This document shows positions 14,981-24,425 of a stretch of 64,000 nucleotides of DNA, piece by piece (the first letter of the stretch is position 1; each line of letters begins with the position of its first letter). The stretch comes from Fibrobacterota bacterium (GTDB lineage: Bacteria > Fibrobacterota > Fibrobacteria > UBA5070). The stretch lies in NCBI GenBank assembly GCA_029557215.1, contig JAKPQQ010000222.1:18481-82480 (forward strand), written 5' to 3'. Below the pieces are notes generated by a model. It saw only the letters and a list, made by a program, of their open reading frames with translations, did no database searches and was not told the origin of the DNA. A program made the position numbers and the translations under genes.

Positions 14981-16651
14981 CTACCTCGCCTCGACCGCCA
15001 GGTCCGTGCGGGTCCGCATCGTCCGGGTGAGCCCCAAGGAAGCCTTGTTCCTCCATGGCTTCCAGTCGGGCGTGTGGACGGCCAGCGACATGCCGTCGGG
15101 ACCGGGCCAGGTCTGGTTGCGCTTCAACCCGAGGTCCGAGCAGGTGACCACCAGATCGCCGACCAGGCCTCTGTTTTCCATCCGCGCCTGGCATTTGGGT
15201 GCGTAGTAGGCCTCGGCAACCGCGTTGGCCGCAGGCAGATCGAGCGTCCAGCGCAGCCTCACCCAATCGACCGTCCCGCCGGTCCGGTTCACGATGGCGA
15301 TGCGGGGCTTGAGGGAACCGTTGTCTTCCGGAGCCTCGTCGCGCACCAGGATCTCGACCCCCGCGCCACCGGCCGGAACCACCACCGATTCGACAGGATC
15401 CGGCATCGTGGTCCGCTGGCCAGCCTTGCTCCCATCCCCCGGATCGGACACGCGAACGGAGGCGGCCGCCTGCTCGGGGGAAGACGGCTGGGGCGGCACG
15501 CCATGATCGGGATCGCGCCCCTTCGCGGAAATCGTTTCCGCCCTGCGACGGATTTCGGCTTCGCGGGATGCCAGCGGGGCCTCGATCGCCGACGCCTCGG
15601 GAACGGGAACCTCGCGCAGCTTGTCCCAGGCCATGGCGCCCAACTGGAACGCCGCGATCAATGCCGCCCCCGAAACGGAAAGCGGCACCAGCCTCGGATG
15701 GCGCTCCAGGAACCCCGGACCGCGCCGCGCGGGCGCCTTCGGCAGGGTCGGCCGCGGCGCCTGCGGGATCGGCTGGGCCTCGCGGACCTTGTCGGGAAGG
15801 ATCGCCGCGACGACCTCCAGCGGATCGGCCGCCCCCGAACGGACCAGGAACTGTCGCAGGACGCGCGCGACCTCGTGGGCGCGGGGCCGGCTGGACGGAT
15901 CGCGCGCGTGCATGGACGCCACCAAGGCGTCCAGATCGGGCGAGATTCCGGGAAGCACCGCCTCCAACCGCGGAGCGTCCTCCTGCACGATGCGCCACAT
16001 CACCGCATGGGCGTGTTCCGCCTCGAACGGATGGCGCCCCGACAGGCACCGGAACAGGACGCCGCCCAGGGCGAACAGGTCGATCGCCCCCGACGGGTTC
16101 TTGCCTTCCACCTGCTCCGGAGCCATGAACAACGGCGACCCGAAGACGGATCCCGTCATCGTCCTCGAGACCTCCTCCAGGATGCGGGAGATCCCGAAAT
16201 CGGCGATCTTCACCGTGCCGTCGCGGCGGATCAGCAGGTTGTCGGGTTTGACGTCCCTGTGGATGATCCCCGCTTCGTGCGCGGCGCGCAGGCCTTCGGC
16301 GGCCTGGCAGACGATCGCCGAGGCCGAGGCTTCGTCCAACCGCCCCCCTTTGGCGGCCAGCAGATCGGACAACGAAATGCCTTCCACGAATTCCATGACC
16401 AGGTAGTCTTCGGCGGCCTCGCGCCCGAAATCGTAGACCTGCACCACGTGGGGGTTGCCCAGGCGCGCGATGGCCGTGGCCTCGTCGTGGAACCGGCGCA
16501 CCCAGTCGGGCTGGGTGCCCAGATCGCCGCGCAGCACCTTGACCGCCACCGCGCGACGGAGAACGGGGTCTTCGGCCAGATACACGGCGGCCATGCCGCC
16601 TTGTCCCAACGGCTTGAGAATCCTGTACCTTCCGTAGCGCTCCTGCGGCAT
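14981..16651 (-). CDS. Hanks-type Ser/Thr kinase with TM segment and C-terminal CBM3-like domain
   Basis: GQGGMA, VAVK, HRDVKPDN, DFG, APE motifs; hydrophobic helix; beta-rich tail. Confidence 0.88.
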   Translation of the reverse strand: MPQERYGRYRILKPLGQGGMAAVYLAEDPVLRRAVAVKVLRGDLGTQPDWVRRFHDEATAIARLGNPHVVQVYDFGREAAEDYLVMEFVEGISLSDLLAAKGGRLDEASASAIVCQAAEGLRAAHEAGIIHRDVKPDNLLIRRDGTVKIADFGISRILEEVSRTMTGSVFGSPLFMAPEQVEGKNPSGAIDLFALGGVLFRCLSGRHPFEAEHAHAVMWRIVQEDAPRLEAVLPGISPDLDALVASMHARDPSSRPRAHEVARVLRQFLVRSGAADPLEVVAAILPDKVREAQPIPQAPRPTLPKAPARRGPGFLERHPRLVPLSVSGAALIAAFQLGAMAWDKLREVPVPEASAIEAPLASREAEIRRRAETISAKGRDPDHGVPPQPSSPEQAAASVRVSDPGDGSKAGQRTTMPDPVESVVVPAGGAGVEILVRDEAPEDNGSLKPRIAIVNRTGGTVDWVRLRWTLDLPAANAVAEAYYAPKCQARMENRGLVGDLVVTCSDLGLKRNQTWPGPDGMSLAVHTPDWKPWRNKASLGLTRTMRTRTDLAVEAR

Positions 16652-16662
16652 ATCCGGAAAAC

Positions 16663-17055
16663 CTACTGCTTGTCCACTTGCGCGACGGCTTCGATTTCCA
16701 CCTTCACGCCCTTGGGGAGCGCCGAAACCTGGACCGTGCTGCGCGCCGGAGCCGGGCCGTCGACCCCGAAGACCTTGCCGTAGACCTCGTTGACCGCGGC
16801 GAAATCGGCGAGATCCGTCAGGAAGATGGTGGTTTTCACCACCCGTGCAGGTGCGGAACCGGCAGCTGCCAGCACGGCTCGCATGTTGGACAGGACCTGT
16901 TCGGCCTGCTCGGCGGCGGTGGCGCCCACGACCTCGCCGGTGGACGGCGAAAGCGGAATCTGTCCGGACAGGAAGACGAATCCACCGGCGGAAACCGCTT
17001 GGGAATACGGACCGATGGGAGCTGGCGCGTCGGGTGTGCGGATGGCGGCGAACAT
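16663..17055 (-). CDS. ridA: RidA/YjgF-family enamine deaminase
   Basis: APIGPYSQAV, SGQIPL, PARSTVQVSALPKG..VEIEA. Confidence 0.92.
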   Translation of the reverse strand: MFAAIRTPDAPAPIGPYSQAVSAGGFVFLSGQIPLSPSTGEVVGATAAEQAEQVLSNMRAVLAAAGSAPARVVKTTIFLTDLADFAAVNEVYGKVFGVDGPAPARSTVQVSALPKGVKVEIEAVAQVDKQ

Positions 17056-17108
17056 TTTCGGACCTCCAGGTCTTGCATTGGTGGTTTTTGGAGTATCATT
17101 TTGGCCAT

Positions 17109-18506
17109 ATGGAACTCCGACGCACAAAGATGCTTGCTACCATCGGACCCGCGAGCGACTCTCCGGAGATGCTCCGCCAGCTCTTCCAGACCGGCGTGAC
17201 CGCTTGCCGTCTCAATTTCAGCCACGGAACGCACAGCGATCACGCCACGCGGATCGCCAAGATCCGTCAGGTCGCCGACGAGATGGGCATCGCGGTGCCC
17301 CTGGTCATGGACCTGTGCGGCCCCAAGGTGCGCACCGACACCAAGTCCTACGACCTCAAGGTCGGCGAGACCTGGAGCTTGGTCCCCACCGAAGGCGATC
17401 CCGCCCTGTTCAAGATCGGCATCAGCCACCCCACGCTCTACCAGCTCGTTCCCGCCGGCCAGGCCATCGTGCTCGACGACGGCCACCTGGAGCTCAAGGT
17501 GGAACGGGTCGAAGGGACGGAAATCGTCTGCTCCGTGGTCACTCCCGGACACCTCAAGCCGCGCAAGTCGGTGAACACCCCCGAGTGCGACAACGGCCTC
17601 GACGTGCTTTCGGAAAAGGACCAGCGCGACCTGATCTTCGGGCGCGACCAGGGCCTGGACTGGGTGGCGGTCTCGTTCGTGCGCAACGGCGCCGACATCA
17701 AGCGCGTGCGCGACTACCTGGCCGAAATCGGCTGGCCCGACCCCCCGATCATCGCCAAGGTGGAGACCCCTCTCGCGGTCGCGTCCCTGGAAGAGATCGT
17801 CCGCATGTCCGACGGCATCATGGTGGCGCGCGGCGACCTGGGCATCGAATGCCCCATCGAAACCGTGCCCATCCTGCAAAAGCGCGCCGTGCGCCTGGCC
17901 CACCGCTACGCCAAGCTCTGCGTGGTCGCCACCCAGATGCTCGACTCGATGGAGCGCAACCCGCGCCCCACGCGCGCCGAAGCGTCGGACGTCGCCAACG
18001 CCGTGTTCGAAGGCGCCCAGGTGGTCATGCTCTCCGGCGAGACCGCCGGCGGCCAGTACCCTCTCCAATCCGTCCAGACCATGGACCGCATCCTGCGCGG
18101 CGCCGAGGCCGTGACCGACACCCCGCCCACGATCCCCGAAATCTCCAACCAGACCTTGGAGATCGTCGCGGGTTCCGTTCGGCTGTCGGAACACACCAAG
18201 GCCCCCTGCATCGCGATCTTCTGCCACACCATGGAGATCGCCCGCCAGATCGCGGCGTTCCATTGCGGCGCCCATGTGATCGCGGCCTGCTTCGACGAAC
18301 AGATCTACCGCCAGGTGGCCTTGTTCTACGGCATCATTCCGGTCCGCCTGCCACGCACCAATTCCATCGACGAAGCCATCACCCGCGTCCTGGACGAAAT
18401 CCAGTCGCGCGACCTGGCGTCGGCGGGGAACCGCATCGTGTTCGTCTACAGCCAGCCCTTCGGAACCCGGCTCCACAACACGATCCGTCTGGTCCAGATG
18501 CCCTGA
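17109..18506 (+). CDS. pyk: Pyruvate kinase
   Basis: RRTKMLATIGPAS, RLNFSHG, MVARGDLG, ATQMLDSM..PRPTRAE, MLSGET. Confidence 0.96.
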   Translation: MELRRTKMLATIGPASDSPEMLRQLFQTGVTACRLNFSHGTHSDHATRIAKIRQVADEMGIAVPLVMDLCGPKVRTDTKSYDLKVGETWSLVPTEGDPALFKIGISHPTLYQLVPAGQAIVLDDGHLELKVERVEGTEIVCSVVTPGHLKPRKSVNTPECDNGLDVLSEKDQRDLIFGRDQGLDWVAVSFVRNGADIKRVRDYLAEIGWPDPPIIAKVETPLAVASLEEIVRMSDGIMVARGDLGIECPIETVPILQKRAVRLAHRYAKLCVVATQMLDSMERNPRPTRAEASDVANAVFEGAQVVMLSGETAGGQYPLQSVQTMDRILRGAEAVTDTPPTIPEISNQTLEIVAGSVRLSEHTKAPCIAIFCHTMEIARQIAAFHCGAHVIAACFDEQIYRQVALFYGIIPVRLPRTNSIDEAITRVLDEIQSRDLASAGNRIVFVYSQPFGTRLHNTIRLVQMP

Positions 18507-18534
18507 TTCCGGCCTTTCCGGAATTCGCGTCCTT

Positions 18535-18568
18535 GAAAGCCGTCCCGAACGGGGCGGCTTTCTTTTTT
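18535..18568 (+). terminator. Intrinsic terminator after pyk
   Basis: GAAAGCCGTCCC-GAAC-GGGGCGGCTTTC followed by a T run. Confidence 0.85.
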
Positions 18569-18703
18569 CGTCCATACCCACCCACCCCCACCGCGACGCG
18601 AACCTCGCCGAATTCAACGACGCGAACGCTTCTTTCCACGCGAAATGAAAAAGCTGGCTCCGGGATCTTCTTTTCCCGAAGTCGGGAACCTATACTCCTT
18701 CGA

Positions 18704-19753
18704 ATGCTTCTCTCGCTCGCTCTCTCGTTGGGACTGGCAATCTCTCTCGGTGCTTCGCCAAAAACAACTCGCAAGAAGGCGCGCCCCGCTCCGGCGGTAC
18801 AACCCGCCCCTCTCGCGGTGCAAGCCCCCTCCGAACCCGACTCCCTGTTCGGGACGGTGAAGGTCGGGCCTTCCCAAACCGCGAGCTGGCTTGGGTTCCG
18901 GCACCTGGGAACATGGACTCCCGAAGTCGCATCCAGGATCCTGGCCGACAACCCCCAGATCTCCGATCTCGACCAGCTCCAACCCGGCCAGGTCCTGCGC
19001 CTGCGGAAATCCCTCGACCAACGCGGGCTCGCTCCCGCCCAGCAGGTTTCGCAGGCCATCCGCAAAGCGGTCGTCACCCTGGTCAAGGGTTCGGCCGAAC
19101 TGGTGCGCGCCGACGCACCGCCAACGCCGCTTCGCGCGAATTCGTTCCTGGTCGCCGGCGACCGGATCTCCACGGGCACCGGTGCGATCGTCGAACTGAT
19201 CATCGACAACCAAAGCGTCCTGCGCCTGCGCGACAAGACCATCCTCCAACTGGTCGCCATCCAGGATTCCAGCAACGACCAGAAGGCCAGGACGAGCGTC
19301 TTCCTCGAGGCCGGCCGCGTCTGGTCCAAGGTCCGCAAGTGGGCGGGACCCATGGTGGGATTCCAGGTCAAGATGCCCAACGCGATCGCCGGAGTGCACG
19401 GCACCACCTTCGAATGCTTCGTGAACGAGGACTCGTCGGGAGTCGTGCATGTGCAGGAAGGACTGGTGGCCGTTTCGGGACGCGCCAACAAGGCTCTCGA
19501 GGTCGCGGTCGGTCCCGGCAAGAGCGTCCAGATCAATCGCGCCGGCGAAGTGTCTTCGCCCGAGATCCTTCCGGGAAAGCCCTCGATCGAGGATCGGATC
19601 GAAGAACAGCGGGAACAATCGCTCTTCGAACAGAATTCCGCCCGCCTCGGAGACGTCAAGGCCATGCGCGACCCGGTGGCCCAGACAAGATCCGACCGGA
19701 TCGCGACCTCGCCGGGATCGCCCATTACGCAGCCAGACTTGACTCCCAAGTGA
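18704..19753 (+). CDS. Exported LysM-like plus FecR-domain protein
   Basis: Signal-like N-terminus; ILADNPQISDLDQLQPGQVLRL (LysM-like); GDRISTG and NAIAGVHGTTF (FecR-like). Confidence 0.8.
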   Translation: MLLSLALSLGLAISLGASPKTTRKKARPAPAVQPAPLAVQAPSEPDSLFGTVKVGPSQTASWLGFRHLGTWTPEVASRILADNPQISDLDQLQPGQVLRLRKSLDQRGLAPAQQVSQAIRKAVVTLVKGSAELVRADAPPTPLRANSFLVAGDRISTGTGAIVELIIDNQSVLRLRDKTILQLVAIQDSSNDQKARTSVFLEAGRVWSKVRKWAGPMVGFQVKMPNAIAGVHGTTFECFVNEDSSGVVHVQEGLVAVSGRANKALEVAVGPGKSVQINRAGEVSSPEILPGKPSIEDRIEEQREQSLFEQNSARLGDVKAMRDPVAQTRSDRIATSPGSPITQPDLTPK

Positions 19754-19847
19754 TTTCCGTGGCGGACCGCCCCAGCTCGCAAGGGAATTGGGCTGGTTCA
19801 CCCGCTTGGAACCGCGATGAATTCGGATCCGGCTCTTCGAATTGATT

Positions 19848-19863
19848 TGGCACGCGCCTCGCT
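19848..19863 (+). promoter_or_regulatory. Sigma54-like promoter
   Basis: TGGCACGCGCCTCGCT (GG-N10-GC). Confidence 0.55.
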
Positions 19864-19918
19864 CCTAGGTATCGTCGTCGGGAAGCTTCCCGAATCACCG
19901 AAACACCAGGAGTTCAAA

Positions 19919-20488
19919 ATGAAGAAGATCCTCGTCGCTGCCGCTCTTCTCGCTGGCATGTCCTTCGCCCAGGACGCCGAAGTTCGGCCCGTTCGCACCA
20001 TCGCTCCGATCCTCATGGAGAAGGGCGACAGCCTTCGCAAGCTCGACTCGGCCCTCATGGCCCAGAAACGCGCCGAGTTCCATGCCACCATGGAAGAACA
20101 GCGCGCCAAGGATTCGGCCATGTTCGCCAATCGCCTGCCCGACAGTCTGAGGAGCCGGATCGAAGCCCGCGTTCGCGACTTCAAGTCGCACAAGGCCTCC
20201 TTCGATTCCGCCAAGGACGTCGACTCCGCCAGGATCGCTGGGTTCAAGCTCAAGGCCGACTCCCTCCGCAAGAGCTGGGAAGCCAAGCGCGACAGTCAGG
20301 TCGCCAACATCAGGGACACCGCCGTCCAGGCCAAGGTCAGGGCGCGCATCGCCGAGATCTCCGCCCAGCGCGAAGCCATCAAGGCCAAGATCGAAGCCCG
20401 CAAGGCGACTCTGGAAGCCAAGCGCGCCGAACTGAAGGCCAAGATCGAAGCGGCCAAGGCCGAAGAAGCGACCACCACCACTCCCTGA
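19919..20488 (+). CDS. Secreted alpha-helical/coiled-coil hypothetical protein
   Basis: AGGAG RBS; signal peptide MKKILVAAALLAGMSFA|Q; repeated (I/L)KAKIEA. Confidence 0.8.
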   Translation: MKKILVAAALLAGMSFAQDAEVRPVRTIAPILMEKGDSLRKLDSALMAQKRAEFHATMEEQRAKDSAMFANRLPDSLRSRIEARVRDFKSHKASFDSAKDVDSARIAGFKLKADSLRKSWEAKRDSQVANIRDTAVQAKVRARIAEISAQREAIKAKIEARKATLEAKRAELKAKIEAAKAEEATTTTP

Positions 20489-20519
20489 TCTTCGCGATCG
20501 GGAAGCTTCGAACGACCGG

Positions 20520-20554
20520 GACCGGGTTGGCGCAATCGCCAGTCCGGTCTTTTT
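20520..20554 (+). terminator. Intrinsic terminator
   Basis: GACCGGGTTGGCG-CAAT-CGCCAGTCCGGTC followed by TTTTT. Confidence 0.75.
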
Positions 20555-20683
20555 GCGTTCGGAAAGCCCCCCCCCCCCGACAGAGCGCCCCGAGCGTACC
20601 CTAGGCAACCCATGCCCCCGGGGAATGGGCAAAGCCCGCCACTCGACTCGAGTCGCGTTCATAGGATGAGGGCCGATCGGGGT

Positions 20684-20699
20684 TGGCACGGCCATCGCA
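20684..20699 (+). promoter_or_regulatory. Sigma54-like promoter of flgF-flgG-flgA
   Basis: TGGCACGGCCATCGCA (GG-N10-GC) just upstream of flgF. Confidence 0.6.
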
Positions 20700-20712
20700 A
20701 ACGTATCCAGCC

Positions 20713-21462
20713 ATGGTCAACGGACTTTTCACTTCGGGCGCGGGAATGATGCTGACGATGCGCAAGCAGGAAATCACATCCAACAACCTCGCCAACGCCC
20801 AGACGACCGGGTTCAAGATTTCCCGGTTGGTCACCCATGCCACCGTCGAATCGCGCCGGGACGTGGACCAGTACATGCGCCAGCGCGAGACCCAGCGCCA
20901 GGACGAAGTCCGCGTGGATTGGTCGCCCGGGCCGCTGGTCCAGACCGGAAATCCGTTGGACGTGGCCATGCGCGGCGATGGGTTCTTCGCGATCTCCACT
21001 CCGTCGGGCGAGCGCTACCTGCGGTCGGCGAGCCTGAAGGTGAACGGCCAGAACGAACTCGTCGACGGCACGGGATCCAGCATCCTGGACCAATCCGGAA
21101 ATTCCATCCGGGTTCCGGGCCTCAAGACCGCGATCACGGCCGACGGCCGCGTGGTTTCCGACGGCGTGGAGGTGGCCACCCTGCGGATGGTGGACTTCCC
21201 GCAACCCTACACCCTCCGGGAGGAAGGCGCGGGTCGATGGGCCCCCTACGCGCAGAATCCGGCGGACGCGGCGCCGATGCCGATTCCCGTCGGCGAGAAC
21301 GCGCGGGTGGAACAAGGCTACCTGGAAGGCCCCAACGTGAACACCGTGGCCGAGATGGTCCGGATGATCGCCCAGTTCCGCAACTACGAAGCCGACAGCC
21401 GGGTCCTCCAGGCGGTCGACAGCACCATCGACAAGGCCGTCAACACGGTCGGACGGGTCTGA
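20713..21462 (+). CDS. flgF: Flagellar basal-body rod protein FlgF
   Basis: SNNLANAQTTGFK, TGNPLDVA, LEGPNVNTVAEMV; precedes flgG. Confidence 0.85.
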   Translation: MVNGLFTSGAGMMLTMRKQEITSNNLANAQTTGFKISRLVTHATVESRRDVDQYMRQRETQRQDEVRVDWSPGPLVQTGNPLDVAMRGDGFFAISTPSGERYLRSASLKVNGQNELVDGTGSSILDQSGNSIRVPGLKTAITADGRVVSDGVEVATLRMVDFPQPYTLREEGAGRWAPYAQNPADAAPMPIPVGENARVEQGYLEGPNVNTVAEMVRMIAQFRNYEADSRVLQAVDSTIDKAVNTVGRV

Positions 21463-21474
21463 GGAGAATAAGCC

Positions 21475-22263
21475 ATGCTGAGAAGCCTCTACACGTCCGC
21501 ATCCGGGATGCTCGCCAACCAGCTCACCGTGGACACGATCTCCAACAACCTGGCGAACGTGAACACCAGCGGCTACAAGAAGACCAAGATGGAGTTCCAG
21601 GACCTGCTCTACCAGACCATGGTGGAACCCGGCGGAACCACGTCCGAAGGCGTCCGGCTGCCGGGAAGCCTGCAGGTGGGCCTGGGCGTGAAATCGGCCG
21701 GCAACGCGCGGAGCTTCGCGCAGGGCAACCTCACCCAGACGGGCAACGCCTGGGACGTCGCCATCTCGGGTTCGGGGTTCTTCCAGATGCGCATGCCCGA
21801 CGGATCCATCTCGTACACCCGCGACGGATCGTTCAAGGTGAACGCCGACGGGATCGTGGTGAACGCCGACGGCCACTATCTGGACCCCCAGATCCAGGTG
21901 CCGCCCAATTCCACGAATCCCACGGTGGCCCCCGACGGCCGCGTGACCGTGACGCTCCAGGGCGATTCGGATCCGACGGAAATCGGCCGCATCGAACTGG
22001 CCACCTTCGTGAACCCCGCCGGACTTCGTTCGCTTGGACAGAATCTGTACCAGGAGAGCGAGGCTTCGGGCCGCGCCCTGGTCGGCCCTCCCGGGGACAA
22101 CAGCACCGGCAGCCTGGCCGCCCAGTACCTGGAAGCCTCGAACGTCCAGCTGGTGGAGGAGATGGTGAACCTGATCGTGGCGCAACGCGCCTACGAGATC
22201 AGCTCCAAGGGCGTTTCCACCGCCGACGAGATGCTCCAGACCGCCAACAACCTCCGCAGATGA
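21475..22263 (+). CDS. flgG: Flagellar distal rod protein FlgG
   Basis: MLRSLYTSASGM, ISNNLANVNT, EFQDLLYQ, EASNV..VEEMVNLIVAQRAYE. Confidence 0.95.
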   Translation: MLRSLYTSASGMLANQLTVDTISNNLANVNTSGYKKTKMEFQDLLYQTMVEPGGTTSEGVRLPGSLQVGLGVKSAGNARSFAQGNLTQTGNAWDVAISGSGFFQMRMPDGSISYTRDGSFKVNADGIVVNADGHYLDPQIQVPPNSTNPTVAPDGRVTVTLQGDSDPTEIGRIELATFVNPAGLRSLGQNLYQESEASGRALVGPPGDNSTGSLAAQYLEASNVQLVEEMVNLIVAQRAYEISSKGVSTADEMLQTANNLRR

Positions 22264-22937
22264 TCGCGTCGGTCGCGTCGCTCTTCGCCGCGGTCGCGGC
22301 CGCGGCATCGCCCCTCCTCGAGGCGAAGCTCCGCGGCCGCGTCGCGGCGTTGTACGAACGCCTGGAGACTCCGGCGCTGCGCCTGGAAGCCGACACCTCC
22401 CGCGTTCCGGCGACCTTGACGGGACCCGCATGGGCGAGCCGGTGGTCGCTGGAACGCGACGGCGGCACCCGGCCCGGCGGCACCGAGACCGCGACGCTGG
22501 TCTGGAAATCGGAAGACGGCGGCAGGGTCCGGCGCGACTGGATCCAGGTCCGCGTGCGCCGCGACGAACGGGTCCCGGTGGCCAGAGGGCGCCTGCAGCG
22601 CGGCGAACGGCTGGATTCCTCGCGCCTTTCCTGGGAATGGCGCCGGACCGACGGGATGCGGGTGCTGCCGCCCGCGATCGATTCGGTCGACAAATTCCGT
22701 ACACGCACCGGCATCTCGCCCGGACAGGTGGTGTGGAGATCGCAACTCGAGCGCCTCCCCGTCTTCCTGGCCGGCGAACCGGTGAGGATCCTGGCGGGCA
22801 ACCGCGGCGCTTCGGCGTCCGTGGAAGGCACGGCGATCGACGACGGCATTCCCGGATCCACCGTGCGGATCAGGAGCCCCTTCGGCAAGACGCTGGTCGG
22901 CACGACGGAATCCGACGGATCCGTGATCGTCCGTTGA
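22260..22937 (+). CDS. flgA: Flagellar P-ring formation chaperone FlgA
   Basis: ATGA overlap with flgG; signal peptide; SAF-like region; GTAIDDG..GSTVRIRS. Confidence 0.75.
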   Translation: MIASVASLFAAVAAAASPLLEAKLRGRVAALYERLETPALRLEADTSRVPATLTGPAWASRWSLERDGGTRPGGTETATLVWKSEDGGRVRRDWIQVRVRRDERVPVARGRLQRGERLDSSRLSWEWRRTDGMRVLPPAIDSVDKFRTRTGISPGQVVWRSQLERLPVFLAGEPVRILAGNRGASASVEGTAIDDGIPGSTVRIRSPFGKTLVGTTESDGSVIVR

Positions 22938-23036
22938 CGCCGACATCGTTCGCGCCAGCCGAACCGTCGCAGGGGCGATTCAAGAATCGCCCTCATCGGC
23001 AACGCAGGAGGGAGGCGCCCATTCCGTGCTGGCCCC

Positions 23037-24425
23037 CTAGAACACGATCCTTCGTTCGGTGCCGCGCCAGTAGATTCCCGGCGGAGCGCGGTGCAACCCA
23101 CCCTCGGGAACCACCCTGCCGCGCAGATCCTGCCAAGGCCCCGTCGGAACCCGATGCGCGGGCACCTTCGCGCGGATTCCGACCGGGGTCGGATCGTAGG
23201 CGGGGTGCTCCGACAACAGTTCCTGCACGACCTGGGATCGACGAGTCACGAAATCCCGGATTTCTGCCTGCGACCTTGGGAACCGGACGGTTTCCGAATC
23301 GACCAAGGCGCCTTTCACGACCGCCTCGAGCGAATCCACCCGGCGATGCAAGGACGATTCTTCCAGGTAGGTGCCCAAGGCCTTCTGGTATTCGCCCAAG
23401 TACATCCGACGCCAGGCTTCCACCTTCATCATCCGCTCGAACAGCGGCCGGGACTTGGTCTCCAGCTTGTTGGGACAGTAGGTCCTGGGCCAGTTCATGA
23501 AGAACAGTCCCGCCGACACCCCCATGTTGTTGAGGCAGTAGCGGCCGGTCTCGAAGGTCCCGTCCAGGTCCCAGGGGATGACGTTCCATCTTCCGTTCGC
23601 GGGGTCACGATACAGCCAATAGTTCTTGCCTCGATTGGGGTAGCCGTCCCAGTGTCCCACGAAATTGGCCACCACCAGGTAGCGGATGAACGCGTGGACC
23701 TCGAAGCGTTCGGGCAATCCCCGCTCGAACTCCGCGTCGGAACTGCTGTCGATCCATTCGATCCACCGCCGCAACGCCGAATGGTCCAGCGAGTCCAACC
23801 CCGAATTGTTGGTCTTCTTCTGGTAGTGCCGACCGTAGTCGGAGTCGTGCGTTCCGAGGTTCGTCAGCTCCCCGAAGAACGCGGGGGTTCCCGGAATGTC
23901 GGTGGCCGCCTTGTACAGATCGCCCGCCGACGACCCCCATGCCGCCTCCAGCCAAGGCTTGTTGTCGGGGTCCGGGAATTCCAGGTAGATCCCCGATCGG
24001 ACTCCGTTCACGTGCAGCTCCACGTGCCGCGACGGCATGGCCGGAACCCCCGCCGCCGCCATCAGATCCAGCGTCAATTTCTGACGAAGGTGGGGCTCGA
24101 GGTTGAAGTTCCACTCGCGGTATCCGCGGTACGGCGTCGCCTTGGCGGTCTTGACCTTCCAGTTGCGGGGACCGTCGCGGTCCTGCAGGAGGTTCCGCAG
24201 GCTGTAGGCCCCCCGGTAGCTCGCCGTCGCCTGGAACGTGTCCCCGGCCGACACGAAGCGGGCGGGCACCTTGCCGGCGAAGAATGGATCCGATTCCAGG
24301 TAGGCGATGTCGGCGGAATCGACGAGGATCTCCACGCGATCCAACGCGAATCCGCCACCGGCCAAGCACATCGGGAGCAGCATCCTGGCGATCCAGGTCT
24401 TTGGAATCGAGTAAACGCGATCCAT
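23037..24425 (-). CDS. CotH kinase-family secreted protein with C-terminal sorting-like tail
   Basis: YRGAYS, GDLYKA, HWDGY..KNYWLY, IPWDLD; start uncertain. Confidence 0.85.
   Translation of the reverse strand: MDRVYSIPKTWIARMLLPMCLAGGGFALDRVEILVDSADIAYLESDPFFAGKVPARFVSAGDTFQATASYRGAYSLRNLLQDRDGPRNWKVKTAKATPYRGYREWNFNLEPHLRQKLTLDLMAAAGVPAMPSRHVELHVNGVRSGIYLEFPDPDNKPWLEAAWGSSAGDLYKAATDIPGTPAFFGELTNLGTHDSDYGRHYQKKTNNSGLDSLDHSALRRWIEWIDSSSDAEFERGLPERFEVHAFIRYLVVANFVGHWDGYPNRGKNYWLYRDPANGRWNVIPWDLDGTFETGRYCLNNMGVSAGLFFMNWPRTYCPNKLETKSRPLFERMMKVEAWRRMYLGEYQKALGTYLEESSLHRRVDSLEAVVKGALVDSETVRFPRSQAEIRDFVTRRSQVVQELLSEHPAYDPTPVGIRAKVPAHRVPTGPWQDLRGRVVPEGGLHRAPPGIYWRGTERRIVF

Noticed and set aside
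22937..23037. Missing flgH/flgI after flgA as a sign of decay
   Set aside because: flgFGA look intact, and split flagellar clusters are common; cannot be judged from one window
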